64,000 nt of DNA. It comes from Candidatus Omnitrophota bacterium. Its GTDB lineage: Bacteria > Ratteibacteria > UBA8468 > MWAK01. Shown here in pieces: positions 20,641 to 30,572 of this stretch. The notes under the pieces are model-generated. The model was given only the letters and a program-made list of their open reading frames with translations, did not search any database and had not been told where the DNA came from. The stretch lies in contig JAZDPL010000073.1 of the NCBI GenBank assembly GCA_043797665.1, positions 1 through 64,000 on the forward strand, written 5' to 3'. The stretch's first letter is position 1, and every line of letters begins with the position of its first letter. Position numbers and translations under genes: made by a program.

Positions 20641-21294
20641 CTAAGAACCGAGTGCCCAGCCGCCGTCCGGTATGGTAGTTACCGGATAAGGATACCACTT
20701 AGCGTGACCGTCTAAGAAAAGAAGGTTGACACCGCCGCTGTGCCGATAGTCTACATTCGTGCCGTCATACACTCCCCCTGCTGTGCTACTACTAATGGCA
20801 TCGCTTACGAAGATGACGTTGGTAGGTCCGGGGACCTGGGAAAAGCGGCGGTAAGTCACAGACCCAAAGTAATTTTTTGCAGTGGTGACATAAATGTTCA
20901 TTCCATAGTTACAGAAGTAGGTGATTTGGTCTTTCACCTTACCGGAGGGACATTTAAGCAATTTGAGGGCAGTATTAGTGGGATAGCCGGAGTCTAATTT
21001 CTTCCCTGCCAGATATGGATAGAAACTGCTGTCCTGTTGATACCAGAGGTTCCCGTTCCCAGCTTCGTCACATTGTTCCCAAAGAGCGGGCATCCATTCA
21101 TCGTAATCCTGAAGATACAGGGTCAACATCAGACCGATTTGCTTCAGGTTGTTTATGCAGGATGCCTGTCTTGCTTTTTCTCTGGCCTGGGAGAGTGCCG
21201 GAAGCAGCATCGCCGCCAGAATAGCAATGATGGCGATGACCACCAGCAGTTCAATGAGCGTAAATCCCTTTTTCTTTATTTTGTTTCCCTCCAT
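20641..21294 (-). CDS. Prepilin-type H-X9-DG (DUF1559-like) protein
   Basis: KKKG^[37 protein letters not shown]. Confidence 0.9.
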   Translation of the reverse strand: MEGNKIKKKGFTLIELLVVIAIIAILAAMLLPALSQAREKARQASCINNLKQIGLMLTLYLQDYDEWMPALWEQCDEAGNGNLWYQQDSSFYPYLAGKKLDSGYPTNTALKLLKCPSGKVKDQITYFCNYGMNIYVTTAKNYFGSVTYRRFSQVPGPTNVIFVSDAISSSTAGGVYDGTNVDYRHSGGVNLLFLDGHAKWYPYPVTTIPDGGWALGS

Positions 21295-21339
21295 TTTATT
21301 GTTACCGTTTACTGTTCATTATATGCTGTTTTTCCCGCA

Positions 21340-22347
21340 TCACTCCCTCCGAGTACTCTCCCTTACCACTAAAGAGACCGGGGTTTTGGTATGAAAAGGT
21401 TTTACTTCTGTTCCCTCTATGATTTTTATCATCTTCTGCATCGCTTTTTTCGCCAGAGCAGGAAGATTGGTATCGATGCTTGTCAGGGTCGGTATGGTAT
21501 AAAGGCAGAGTTCCGTATTATCGCAGCCCAGGATTGCCATATCCTTGGGGATTTCCACTCCTTTTTTGAGGATAGTCGTGAGTAAAGCAATCGCAAGCAG
21601 GTCGTTGCATGCAAAGACACCGTCGGGCAAATACTTCAATCTTAGAAATTCCTCCGCCAGGGTTTTCCCTTCTGGGAAATAGTTGACAAATGGTTCTTTT
21701 GTAAAAACCAAAGGTGCGGGAAATCTTCGTTCTTTAAGGTACTGCGTAAAACCCTTTATTCGAACTGAACCATTATATCCTCCGAAGACCGCCAACCTTT
21801 TGCAGCCAGTTTCGATAAGATGTTGAGCGGCCAGTTTTCCAACCTTCCGTTCATCAAAGTGGATACTGGGAACTTCAGGAATAGGTTCACCGTAAAAGAG
21901 GATTTTAAGATTATAAGGGTGCTTGATGAACTTCCGGTATCTTTGAATACTGCCTTCAGTTACTGCAAGCGCGATTACTCCATCAATCCTTCCGTCGCGA
22001 ACCAAGTTCAAATAATGTTCTTCCAATTCGGCATTTCCGTCGGTAAGGTAGGGAGTAATCTCGAAATTTAATTGATCAGCTTCTTTTTGCAGGTGATTGA
22101 CAAATTCTGAGAACGGCGGGACAAGTTTGTGAACGATGATGCCGATATTATTGCTTCGCCCGGAAAAGAGTTCTTTGGCGCTTTTCGGTGGTACGTAACC
22201 CAATTCCCGGGCCGTTTCAAGTATTCTTTCGCGGGTATGCTTGCCGACAAATATTCCCTTTCCTTCGTTATTTTTTAAAACCGTGCACACAACCGGCTTG
22301 GAAACGCCAACAATCTTGGAGATGGTGGCCAGAGTTATACGTTTCAT
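21340..22347 (-). CDS. LacI-family transcriptional regulator
   Basis: N-terminal HTH (ITLATISKIVGVSKPVV); FACNDLLA, LTSID, LVVRES. Confidence 0.9.
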   Translation of the reverse strand: MKRITLATISKIVGVSKPVVCTVLKNNEGKGIFVGKHTRERILETARELGYVPPKSAKELFSGRSNNIGIIVHKLVPPFSEFVNHLQKEADQLNFEITPYLTDGNAELEEHYLNLVRDGRIDGVIALAVTEGSIQRYRKFIKHPYNLKILFYGEPIPEVPSIHFDERKVGKLAAQHLIETGCKRLAVFGGYNGSVRIKGFTQYLKERRFPAPLVFTKEPFVNYFPEGKTLAEEFLRLKYLPDGVFACNDLLAIALLTTILKKGVEIPKDMAILGCDNTELCLYTIPTLTSIDTNLPALAKKAMQKMIKIIEGTEVKPFHTKTPVSLVVRESTRRE

Positions 22348-22439
22348 TCGTTAACGTTTAATATTAATTATTAATATATATTATACCATGGTTTTTAATT
22401 TGTCAAGTCAATGATGTGATAAATTGTGTTCCCGGTTTT

Positions 22440-22787
22440 TCAATACTTGATAATGAAGGCGAACAGTTCCAAGTTGGTATTTCCGGCGTTAGTAAGAGAG
22501 TGACCCTCTCCGCCACCGGTAAGAATAGCATCGCCTACGCTTACCGGACTTTCTTTTTTCCCGTCGGAGAGAATTCCTTTTCCGTTGGTGATGATAAAAA
22601 CTTCGTCTTCATCCGGGTGTTCGTGGAAACCGATAGAACCCTTCATCGGCACTGAAAGGTGGGCGCAAAGGCGCACCCGGGCCTTAAAATCATCTTTCTT
22701 CAGCAGGTGTGTAACTTTGACCATCCCCTCTCCACCCTTCATTTTCTCCCGGTACTCCACTTCCATTTCTCCGCTTCTTTTAATCAT
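22440..22787 (-). CDS. Cupin domain protein
   Basis: SIGFHEH..EDEVF, GHSLTNAG. Confidence 0.85.
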   Translation of the reverse strand: MIKRSGEMEVEYREKMKGGEGMVKVTHLLKKDDFKARVRLCAHLSVPMKGSIGFHEHPDEDEVFIITNGKGILSDGKKESPVSVGDAILTGGGEGHSLTNAGNTNLELFAFIIKY

Positions 22788-22889
22788 AAATGCCTCCGAA
22801 TTAAAACACTGGGAATTTAAAGATGAAAGAGCCGGCGTCTTATCAAAAGGTAATACCCGGATATTAACACCGCAGAAATAGTTGAATCC

Positions 22890-23120
22890 TTATTTTGTAC
22901 AACAAGCGCATCTGCAGGTCCCTGGTTTACAGGATTGACATTTCTCTCCGCAGGTGCAGGTTTTGCTGCAACCGGATACACAACATTGCTCCGGACAACG
23001 ACAGGTGGCAGAGCAGGTGCATTTGATTTTATTGCCGGACGTTCCTTTGTTGCCGGCAGTAAATGTTGTACAACCAGTAAGGAAAGTAACCGCAGCCAAT
23101 AACGCCATTAACTTCTTCAT
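22890..23120 (-). CDS. Lipoprotein with metallothionein-like Cys-rich domain
   Basis: MKK-hydrophobic-LTG^C lipobox; 15 Cys in the last 43 aa; SD GGAGG; directly downstream of csoR. Confidence 0.8.
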   Translation of the reverse strand: MKKLMALLAAVTFLTGCTTFTAGNKGTSGNKIKCTCSATCRCPEQCCVSGCSKTCTCGEKCQSCKPGTCRCACCTK

Positions 23121-23133
23121 CTTCGCCTCCTCT

Positions 23134-23418
23134 CTATCTGACTTTCCGGAACCGATGAATCAGGTCCAGGATTTCCTGCATTTTCTTCTCCTTTTCCTTA
23201 GTAGATGTGCCTTTCACTGCCTTCATTACGCAGTGTTCAAAGTGCGTCTTTAAGATTTTATCTTCCAGTCTGGCTAAGGCACCTACTGCCGCATGTATCT
23301 GGGTCAGAATCTCTACGCAGTACCCTTGTTCCTCAATCATCCGCTGGATGCCCCGGACCTGCCCTTCAATCTTCTTCAGATCCGGCAGGTTGTCCCGGTG
23401 AGACGGGTTCTTTTTTAT
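23134..23418 (-). CDS. csoR: CsoR/RcnR-family metal-sensing repressor (apparent ATA start)
   Basis: LKKIEGQVRGIQRMIEEQGYC...THFEHC (C-H-C ligands); homology extends upstream of the ATG at 23340 to an ATA 6 nt after AGGAGG. Confidence 0.88.
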   Translation of the reverse strand: MKKNPSHRDNLPDLKKIEGQVRGIQRMIEEQGYCVEILTQIHAAVGALARLEDKILKTHFEHCVMKAVKGTSTKEKEKKMQEILDLIHRFRKVR

Positions 23419-23438
23419 AGTCCACCTCCTTCTGTATG

Positions 23439-23468
23439 ATTATACCCTACCCCTCCATGGTATGTCAA
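23439..23468 (-). promoter_or_regulatory. csoR promoter with CsoR-type operator
   Basis: TTGACA, 18 nt, TATAAT; TACC-N7-GGTA with a C tract (23448-23462) in the spacer. Confidence 0.8.
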
Positions 23469-23599
23469 GAGGGAGGATTCCGCCGTCTACCCTGCGGTGG
23501 ATTTTTCCAGGGGTTCTCTATCGACGTATTGACACCCGCAACGAAATCACATAAAATTTAATGGTTTAACGGCAACGAATTAATCTGAAGGGGAGGAAA

Positions 23600-24337
23600 A
23601 TGTGTGATGAAACGGTACGGGTGCTGGTATGGAACGAGTTTCGGCACGAAAAAGCGAACGAGGTGGTTAAAAATATCTATCCGGAAGGGATGCACAAGGT
23701 CATCGCGGCCCACCTGAACAGACAAAACGGTATCTGTGCCGGGACCGCCACGCTGGACGAACCGGAACACGGACTCACCCGGAACGCGCTGGGAAATACC
23801 GATGTTTTAATCTGGTGGGGACACGCCGCTCACAGCGAAGTTTCTGACGAAGTTGTTGCCCGGGTCCAAAGCCGGGTACTCCAGGGGATGGGGCTTATCT
23901 GTCTGCACTCTGCCCACTACTCCAAGATTTTCCGGTCTCTGATGGGAACCACCTGCAGTCTGCGCTGGCGCGAAGCCGGCGAAAAGGAGCGGCTCTGGAA
24001 CGTTGAACCGGGCCATCTCATAACCCGGGGTATCGGCGATTACTTTGAACTGCCCCATACGGAAATGTACGGGGAACGGTTTGACATCCCCACGCCGGAT
24101 AAACTGATTTTCATATCCTGGTTTGAAGGCGGGGAGGTCTTTCGGAGCGGATGCGCCTATGAGCGGGGTCACGGTCGCATTTTCTACTTCCGGCCCGGGC
24201 ATGAGACGTATCCCATCTACTACGACGAGAATGTCCTTTTGGTCATTACCAATGCGGTCAGGTGGGCTGCTCCCAGGATAATAAAGGAGATTACAGCACC
24301 CAACACCCCGCCGCTGGAAAATCTATCCGGGAAATAG
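23600..24337 (+). CDS. ThuA-like (trehalose utilisation) protein
   Basis: [36 protein letters not shown]. Confidence 0.9.
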   Translation: MCDETVRVLVWNEFRHEKANEVVKNIYPEGMHKVIAAHLNRQNGICAGTATLDEPEHGLTRNALGNTDVLIWWGHAAHSEVSDEVVARVQSRVLQGMGLICLHSAHYSKIFRSLMGTTCSLRWREAGEKERLWNVEPGHLITRGIGDYFELPHTEMYGERFDIPTPDKLIFISWFEGGEVFRSGCAYERGHGRIFYFRPGHETYPIYYDENVLLVITNAVRWAAPRIIKEITAPNTPPLENLSGK

Positions 24338-24393
24338 CAAAATACATTTCCAGGAATTACCCGGTGGGTTGAGCAACCCCTAAAGGAGGAGAA

Positions 24394-25407
24394 GTGATTT
24401 TAGAAGAAGGAGTGGAACTGTATAATGTCGCGGAATTAATTGAGGAGAACGGTTCGGGAAGATTATTTTCCCGCATTCCGAACCGGTTAAGATTAAGCTT
24501 AAACGAAAGTGCCAGAATTCAGGCTCTTACTCTGGCCGGTTCCGAGATTCGTTTTAATCTCAACGGCGCCAAGGCTACCATCGTTTTGAAAACGGAAGGA
24601 GAAGGATGGGGCATCGCGGAAGTTTTTCAGGGTCCTTTCCAGGTGGGCTGGCATTACATAACCTCCCAGCCGACAGAAATTACTGTTTCCCTGCCGGACA
24701 ATCTGGAAACCCTGGAGAAAGCGAATAAAAAAGACGGCTATCTGTTTGACCCCCGGCTTACCCGGATTGTCCTTCCGCATCTGGTTCCGGTAAGACTGAT
24801 TGACATCAATGTCCGGGATGGAAGTATTGTTCCTCCCCGCGCCGGGCAGACTCCTTCCCAAAGATATCTTGCCTACGGTTCTTCTATTACCCATGGGGCT
24901 TCTGCCGTGAGACCAACCGGGACTTATGCCAAAAGGACCGCAGAATTATTAGGTGTGGACTTAATAAGTTTAGGTTTCGGGGGTGGAGCACACGGCGAAT
25001 CCCAGATGGCCGATTATATCGCCGGGAGGAAGGACTGGGACTTTGCCAGTTTAGAGTTAGGAATCAATATGGTCGGTTCTTTTGAGGTGGCAGAGTTTAG
25101 AGACCGGGTTGTTTACTTCATAAACAGAATTTCTGAGGCATATCCTGAAAAATGGCTTTTCTGTATTGACTTATTCACTTTTTATGCCGACCTGGACGAA
25201 GGTTCCAAGACGCAGAAGTTTTTTAGAAAAGTCGTGCGCGAGGCGGTTAAGAAGGTGAATAATCCTAAAGTCGTTCATATTGACGGCCGGAAAATATTGC
25301 CGGGATTTTCGGGATTATGCGTTGATTTAGTCCATCCTTCCTCTTCCGGAATGGAGCAGATGGCTCTTAATCTTTCCCGGTTCATCACCAGGAAGATGCG
25401 GTACTGA
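24394..25407 (+). CDS. SGNH/GDSL hydrolase
   Basis: YGSSITHG, LGFGG, LGIN, DLVHPS. Confidence 0.85.
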   Translation: MILEEGVELYNVAELIEENGSGRLFSRIPNRLRLSLNESARIQALTLAGSEIRFNLNGAKATIVLKTEGEGWGIAEVFQGPFQVGWHYITSQPTEITVSLPDNLETLEKANKKDGYLFDPRLTRIVLPHLVPVRLIDINVRDGSIVPPRAGQTPSQRYLAYGSSITHGASAVRPTGTYAKRTAELLGVDLISLGFGGGAHGESQMADYIAGRKDWDFASLELGINMVGSFEVAEFRDRVVYFINRISEAYPEKWLFCIDLFTFYADLDEGSKTQKFFRKVVREAVKKVNNPKVVHIDGRKILPGFSGLCVDLVHPSSSGMEQMALNLSRFITRKMRY

Positions 25408-25495
25408 ATCGTTTGACGAAAAAGGAGAAAAAATGGTATTTTATCTAAGGGGCTATCACAGGATGAGCCCCTGAACTCTTAATCTGGAGGGGCAA

Positions 25496-26137
25496 GTGGA
25501 AAATGTCGCAGCGTATATGTTAGCCCTGACTATCGTAGCGTTTGGGTTTCTGGCGCTGATGCTGGCTTTAATTGCGCTGGAGATAAACAAGGCGAAGTTT
25601 GCCCTGGCATTGGTGCTTTCCCTTGGTTTAATCGGATTAGGCGGCTATCACTATTACCTGATCATGGGACTGGGTGATGATATGAAAAAAGGTATAAATC
25701 TCATAAGTCTATTTACGGAGAAGACCCCCGCTTCAGGCATGCAGGGGCAGGTCCCTGTCTCCTGTCCGGCCCCGCCGGTTGTCCTTCCACCGGCGCAGAA
25801 CGTTGCCCTCCCGGAACCGACCGAACTTACGGTAATTATTGAAGTGGCCGGTAGGCAGAAACGGCTAAAAGATAAAGAGCATCTTAAGGTAAAGCGAGGA
25901 GAAAAGATAAAGATTGTTGATGGTTTTGTTCCTAAGGCGGACAAGAATCTGATACGGGTTAATATGGTTGGATTTATCGCTGACCCGAAAAAAGTGGCGG
26001 AAGACCGGGGCAGTGAAATAGATACCGCCTCTCTGTTAAAGAAGTTCTCGGTTGATAAAAAAGGCAATTGCTACAAGATTGAAGTACTGAAAGGGAAAGA
26101 GATTGCGGGGAATGTTTTTCTTGACCTGATTCCTTAG
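25496..26137 (+). CDS. Membrane-anchored protein sharing its C-terminal domain with the downstream M99 peptidase
   Basis: Two N-terminal TM helices; RVNMVGF...EDRGSEI...YKIEV resembles KVNLKGF...QDLGYTI...YPIEI of 27348-28829. Confidence 0.6.
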   Translation: MENVAAYMLALTIVAFGFLALMLALIALEINKAKFALALVLSLGLIGLGGYHYYLIMGLGDDMKKGINLISLFTEKTPASGMQGQVPVSCPAPPVVLPPAQNVALPEPTELTVIIEVAGRQKRLKDKEHLKVKRGEKIKIVDGFVPKADKNLIRVNMVGFIADPKKVAEDRGSEIDTASLLKKFSVDKKGNCYKIEVLKGKEIAGNVFLDLIP

Positions 26138-26145
26138 ATAGCCAC

Positions 26146-27372
26146 ATGGTCTCCTTGTATAGAAGAATGAAGCGACACTATCTTTACTACGCGGTTAAAC
26201 CCGGGTATCTTTTACTTGTGGCACTCCTCTTTTTCAGTGCCGTCCTCGGGGTTTGTGTTGTTAAAGAAAAAGCGAAGGCACGGCGGCTTTATGTCCGCCT
26301 TGTGGAATTAGACAAGGACCTGGATGTAGTAAATAAGGCTCTTTCCCGAAGCGACCTCCAGGAGGTGAAAATTTCGTTAGCGCAGATTCAAAGGAACGTA
26401 AAGGAAGTCTTACCATCGGCGCCGGTTCCTTCGCCTAAAGGGAGGAGTAAAAGGAAGGGAGAACCAGCCAGGAAAGAAACGGTTAATGCCGGTCCTCCTC
26501 CGGCTCCCAGAAGGATAGTAAAGGGTTCCGTTTCCGCAGACCGGATTCCGGACAATTTAGGCTCATTACCTCCCGGTGAACACGTTTTGTTTTGCGAGAA
26601 GAGGACCAAGACCCTGTACCTCTTTCAATGCCTCAGCGACAAATTTACTTTAGTAAAGACTTACCCGGCCATTATCGGCCGGAATGAATTAGACAAGACC
26701 TCATCCGGTGATTTTGCCACCCCTGAGGGTACTTACTTTCTCCTGCGTTTTATTCCGGACAGAAGTCTGGCGGAACAGTATGGCTGGGGCGCTTTTCCGC
26801 TCAGTTATCCTAACTTTCTGGACCGCCGGGCAGGGAAGACCGGCGGCGGTATCTGGCTGCATGGCCATAACCCTAACCAGAAGCTGGAGGATATCAGAAG
26901 CACAAAAGGCTGTGTGGTGGTTGACAATGAGTCGTTGATGGAACTGTCCAGAATAATCAGGCCCGGTTTTACCCCTATTGTGATTGTCAATGAAATGCTG
27001 CTTCAGAACCCGGCGGGCCAGAAAGCATCGGCCGAAGAGTTGAGGGCCTTTCTTAATGCCTGGAAACAGTCCTGGGAAAGCCTCAATACCGCCAAATACC
27101 TCGGTTTCTATGCCGGGGAATTTATGACCAGCGATGGGATGGATTATCGGAGATTTAAAACGCACAAAGAGAATGTGAACCGGAATAAAAAGTTTATTAA
27201 GATTAAAATTGATAAAGCGATTATGCTTACTTTCCATAAAAACGGCGCAGATATCGCGGTTATCCAGTTTGACCAGGTTTATACTTCCAACAATTTTAAC
27301 AGTACCAACCGGAAGACGCTGTATCTGAAGAGAGACCAGGCAGAAAGATGGCAAATCATCGGCGAGGTTTGA
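26146..27372 (+). CDS. L,D-transpeptidase/carboxypeptidase (YkuD) with NTF2-like C-terminus, Csd6/Pgp2-like
   Basis: GDFATPEGTY, GIWLHG...TKGC, WKQSWES...YLGFY...WQIIGE. Confidence 0.82.
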   Translation: MVSLYRRMKRHYLYYAVKPGYLLLVALLFFSAVLGVCVVKEKAKARRLYVRLVELDKDLDVVNKALSRSDLQEVKISLAQIQRNVKEVLPSAPVPSPKGRSKRKGEPARKETVNAGPPPAPRRIVKGSVSADRIPDNLGSLPPGEHVLFCEKRTKTLYLFQCLSDKFTLVKTYPAIIGRNELDKTSSGDFATPEGTYFLLRFIPDRSLAEQYGWGAFPLSYPNFLDRRAGKTGGGIWLHGHNPNQKLEDIRSTKGCVVVDNESLMELSRIIRPGFTPIVIVNEMLLQNPAGQKASAEELRAFLNAWKQSWESLNTAKYLGFYAGEFMTSDGMDYRRFKTHKENVNRNKKFIKIKIDKAIMLTFHKNGADIAVIQFDQVYTSNNFNSTNRKTLYLKRDQAERWQIIGEV

Positions 27373-28829
27373 TTTTTACCTTAACCGTTTTAACGGTCGG
27401 ATTCCTGGCCGGATTCGGCCTGCTTCTTTCCCCGCACGCACCCTTCACTCCCAGGACGACGGTGGAGAAATTCTTTCCGGGAACAGACCAGGAGGTCCGG
27501 GTCTACCACATTTCCGGTTATCAGAAAAGCCCTACCCTTCTTATCGTTGGTGGTATCCAGGGTGACGAAACCGCCGGTTATCTGACTGCGGACCGGTACC
27601 TTGACCTGAAGATGAAGAAAGGTACCCTTATCATCGTCCCCCGGCTCAATCTGCCGTCGATTATGGCCGGGACCCGGGAAGGTCTAACCCCGGACATGAA
27701 CCGGCTCTTCCACCTTTCCGAGGCGATGGAGCAGAACCCTGATACCAAGGTGGTAAATCTTGCCAAATCGCTGATTCGGAAAGCGGACTACGTTCTTAAC
27801 CTCCATCAGGGAAGCGGTTTTTACTCTCCGGTCTGGATTAGCAATCAGCGAAACCCTTCACGGTGGGGTCAGTCCAATATCATTGATGCTCCTACCTTCA
27901 GCCTGCCGAACGGAGAAAAATTAGAACTGGAAAAGTTTGCCGGGAACGTGGCGAAACTCACCAATACCAGAATCAGCTCTTCCGCCTATCAGTTCAAGGT
28001 CAATAATACCGAAACCGCAAGCGAGGATTCGCTCCATAAAGAACAGCGCCAGTCCCTTACCTTCTACGCCTTAACCGGAGAACACAAGATGGCTTTAGGA
28101 TTGGAGGCGACCAAAAGCTGTCCCGTACCGGAAGCGGTCTCCTTTCTGACGATGGCGGTGAATTCGGTAATTCAAGAGGCAGGGATTATACCGGAAAGTC
28201 TGCCTAACGAAAATATTGCGGTGATTTCTGCGGAACTCGCGGAAGAGGAAAGGTTGCAGGGACTCAACATAAAGGTTAACAATAAAAAAGTCTTTATACC
28301 GGTGGGTGAGGCGGCGGTCTACTTAAATAAGGGAGACAAGATTCAGGTTCTGAGTGTGGCAGCCAAAAAGCCTCACCAGTGGTTTGTTCGCTTAGCCAGT
28401 TCGACGTTGGGTAACGGCATTGGTCAAGTATACCAGGTTAATGGTAACGATAAACTGATTGTCCGCAACGGTCCCAAAGTCGTTGCAGTTGTAGATACGA
28501 TAACTTCGCCTTCCGAAATGGAGTATTTAGAGGTGGAGATTAACGGAAAGTCTCAACGCTACAAGAACAACGAGACCATCTCCTTACGCCGGAACGCAAA
28601 GATGGAATTCATCCGGGTCTTTCCGGAACCGCCCGGAGAAGAGATTAAGGTCAACCTCAAGGGTTTTGTGGGAAGTAAGGACTACAATGACGGTCAGGAT
28701 TTAGGGTACACGATTTCCGTTAAGGATTTGATGCCCCAGTGGGCTATCGGTAAAGCCAGAAAGATTTATCCCATCGAAATAACCCGCCAGGACAAACCTT
28801 TAGGCGAACTCTTCCTGAAAGTGGAGTGA
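27348..28829 (+). CDS. M99-family D,L-carboxypeptidase, Csd4/Pgp1-like
   Basis: GGIQGDE, DMNRLF, LNLHQGSGFY, NPSRWGQS, SLTFYAL, GLEATK. Confidence 0.8.
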   Translation: MANHRRGLIFTLTVLTVGFLAGFGLLLSPHAPFTPRTTVEKFFPGTDQEVRVYHISGYQKSPTLLIVGGIQGDETAGYLTADRYLDLKMKKGTLIIVPRLNLPSIMAGTREGLTPDMNRLFHLSEAMEQNPDTKVVNLAKSLIRKADYVLNLHQGSGFYSPVWISNQRNPSRWGQSNIIDAPTFSLPNGEKLELEKFAGNVAKLTNTRISSSAYQFKVNNTETASEDSLHKEQRQSLTFYALTGEHKMALGLEATKSCPVPEAVSFLTMAVNSVIQEAGIIPESLPNENIAVISAELAEEERLQGLNIKVNNKKVFIPVGEAAVYLNKGDKIQVLSVAAKKPHQWFVRLASSTLGNGIGQVYQVNGNDKLIVRNGPKVVAVVDTITSPSEMEYLEVEINGKSQRYKNNETISLRRNAKMEFIRVFPEPPGEEIKVNLKGFVGSKDYNDGQDLGYTISVKDLMPQWAIGKARKIYPIEITRQDKPLGELFLKVE

Positions 28830-28836
28830 GGGGTTG

Positions 28837-29739
28837 TCATATTCGCGAAGCAGAACCTTCAATCTGATAGGTGTTACGGATAACTTCTTTCATCGCTCTG
28901 TTTATCGCTTTTCGTCCGGCTTCAATGTCATTGCCTGATTCCGCCAAAGCCTTTTCGTAAGCCTGCCTGATTTCGGTGCCGACGTTAATCTTGGCGATAC
29001 CGTTTTTGAACGCGTCCAGAACAAAGGATTTCTGAACTCCGGAACCGCCGTGTAACACCAGGGGGATGCCGGTGGCGTCTCTTAATTTTTTTAGGTGTTC
29101 AATGTCAATTTTTGCCTGGACCTTTGGCTGGTCCTTAGCCAGACCGGAGATGGCTCCGTGGATGGAGCCGACCGAAACCGAAAGCCAGTCAACCCCGGTC
29201 TCCTTGACAAACCTTGCCGCCTCTTCCGGTTTGGTAAAGCCTATCTTGCGGGTAAATATTTCCTCGTAGTCCGGCAGCGGTCCGGATTCATGCCCCAGGA
29301 CAGAACCAAGTTCTGCCTCTACCAGGACCCCTTTGGAATGAGCCATCTGAACCACTTCCCGGACCACCCGGATATTCTCGGTTAAAGGAAGCCTGGAGCC
29401 GTCAACCATTACCGAGTGGTAACCGCAGGAGATTCCTTCCGCAATCAGGGATTTCCAGTCAACCTGAAGTTTGTCTTCGTCAATGACCGGAATGTGGTCA
29501 AGATGGAGGCTGACTAATTTTGGGTCAGCCACGCGTTTGTACTCTTCTGCTACCGCACTGATACTTTTTGCTCCAAACTTTACAAAGTCAATCCGCGAGA
29601 CTTCCACCATTCCGTATACGTTTGTTTCTGTCAGGGTATCGGTGATGGCTTTCACCATCGGCAGATACGCCACGTTGAATGCCGGAACCACAATACCGGC
29701 CGAAACCGCTGCCTCCATTACCTTTTTTAAATTATCCAC
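28837..29739 (-). CDS. Class II ketose-bisphosphate aldolase
   Basis: VPAFN, LHLDH, SVMVDGS, VEAELG, GSIHG, LVLHGGSG, KINVGT. Confidence 0.9.
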   Translation of the reverse strand: MDNLKKVMEAAVSAGIVVPAFNVAYLPMVKAITDTLTETNVYGMVEVSRIDFVKFGAKSISAVAEEYKRVADPKLVSLHLDHIPVIDEDKLQVDWKSLIAEGISCGYHSVMVDGSRLPLTENIRVVREVVQMAHSKGVLVEAELGSVLGHESGPLPDYEEIFTRKIGFTKPEEAARFVKETGVDWLSVSVGSIHGAISGLAKDQPKVQAKIDIEHLKKLRDATGIPLVLHGGSGVQKSFVLDAFKNGIAKINVGTEIRQAYEKALAESGNDIEAGRKAINRAMKEVIRNTYQIEGSASRI

Positions 29740-29773
29740 CTTTCTCCCTTCAATTAAGCAGGTTGACACTACC

Positions 29774-30556
29774 TTACCCCAATATGGCGCCGCCGCTGAC
29801 GTTGAGCGCCTGACCGGTCAAGTAGTCAGAATCAGCGGACGCCAAAAATACCGCTACTTGTGCCACGTCTTCCGGCGTAGCCAGCCGGCCTAAGGGTATT
29901 TTATTGATAAGATAATTTTTCACCTCGGTTGGTTTAAGGTTATATTTTTTGGCGTATGGTTCCATCTGGCTGTCCCACATAGGCGTAAATACCACGCCCG
30001 GGCAGATGGCGTTTATGTTGATGCCGGAAGGAGCAAACTCTAAAGCCAAACTCTGGGTCAGACCGATAATACCGAACTTGGAGGCACAGTAGGCGGCGTA
30101 CCAGGAGTTGGCTTGCTTGCCGGACTGGGAACTCATATTGATAATCTTCCCATTTTTTTGTTTTAACAGGTAGGGAAGGACCTCCTGGCAGCAGAGGAAC
30201 GTTCCGGCCAGGTTTATGTTCAGGGTTTTCTCCCAGGTTTCGTCGGTCATTTCCAGAAAAGGAACGATTACGGAAATTCCGGCGTTATTTACCAGAATAT
30301 CAATTCGGCTGAATTTTTCAACCACTTTTTTTACCATTTCTTTGACCTCTTTACGGGAACTTACGTCTACCTTAACCGGTAGAGATTCCCCTCCGGATTG
30401 AACGACCTGGGAAGCGGTCTTTTTTGCCTCGGAGAAATCAATGTCAGCAACAACCACTTTTGCTCCTTCCCTGGCAAATTCCCGAACGATTGCCTTGCCG
30501 ATTCCCGAGGCACCGCCGGTCACGATAGCAACCTTATCTTTCAATTTTGATTTCAT
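29774..30556 (-). CDS. SDR oxidoreductase (sorbitol-6-phosphate dehydrogenase-like)
   Basis: TGGASGIG, NNAG, SSQSGK, YCASK, TGQALNVSGG. Confidence 0.85.
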   Translation of the reverse strand: MKSKLKDKVAIVTGGASGIGKAIVREFAREGAKVVVADIDFSEAKKTASQVVQSGGESLPVKVDVSSRKEVKEMVKKVVEKFSRIDILVNNAGISVIVPFLEMTDETWEKTLNINLAGTFLCCQEVLPYLLKQKNGKIINMSSQSGKQANSWYAAYCASKFGIIGLTQSLALEFAPSGININAICPGVVFTPMWDSQMEPYAKKYNLKPTEVKNYLINKIPLGRLATPEDVAQVAVFLASADSDYLTGQALNVSGGAILG

Positions 30557-30572
30557 ATCCAATTCCGGCATA

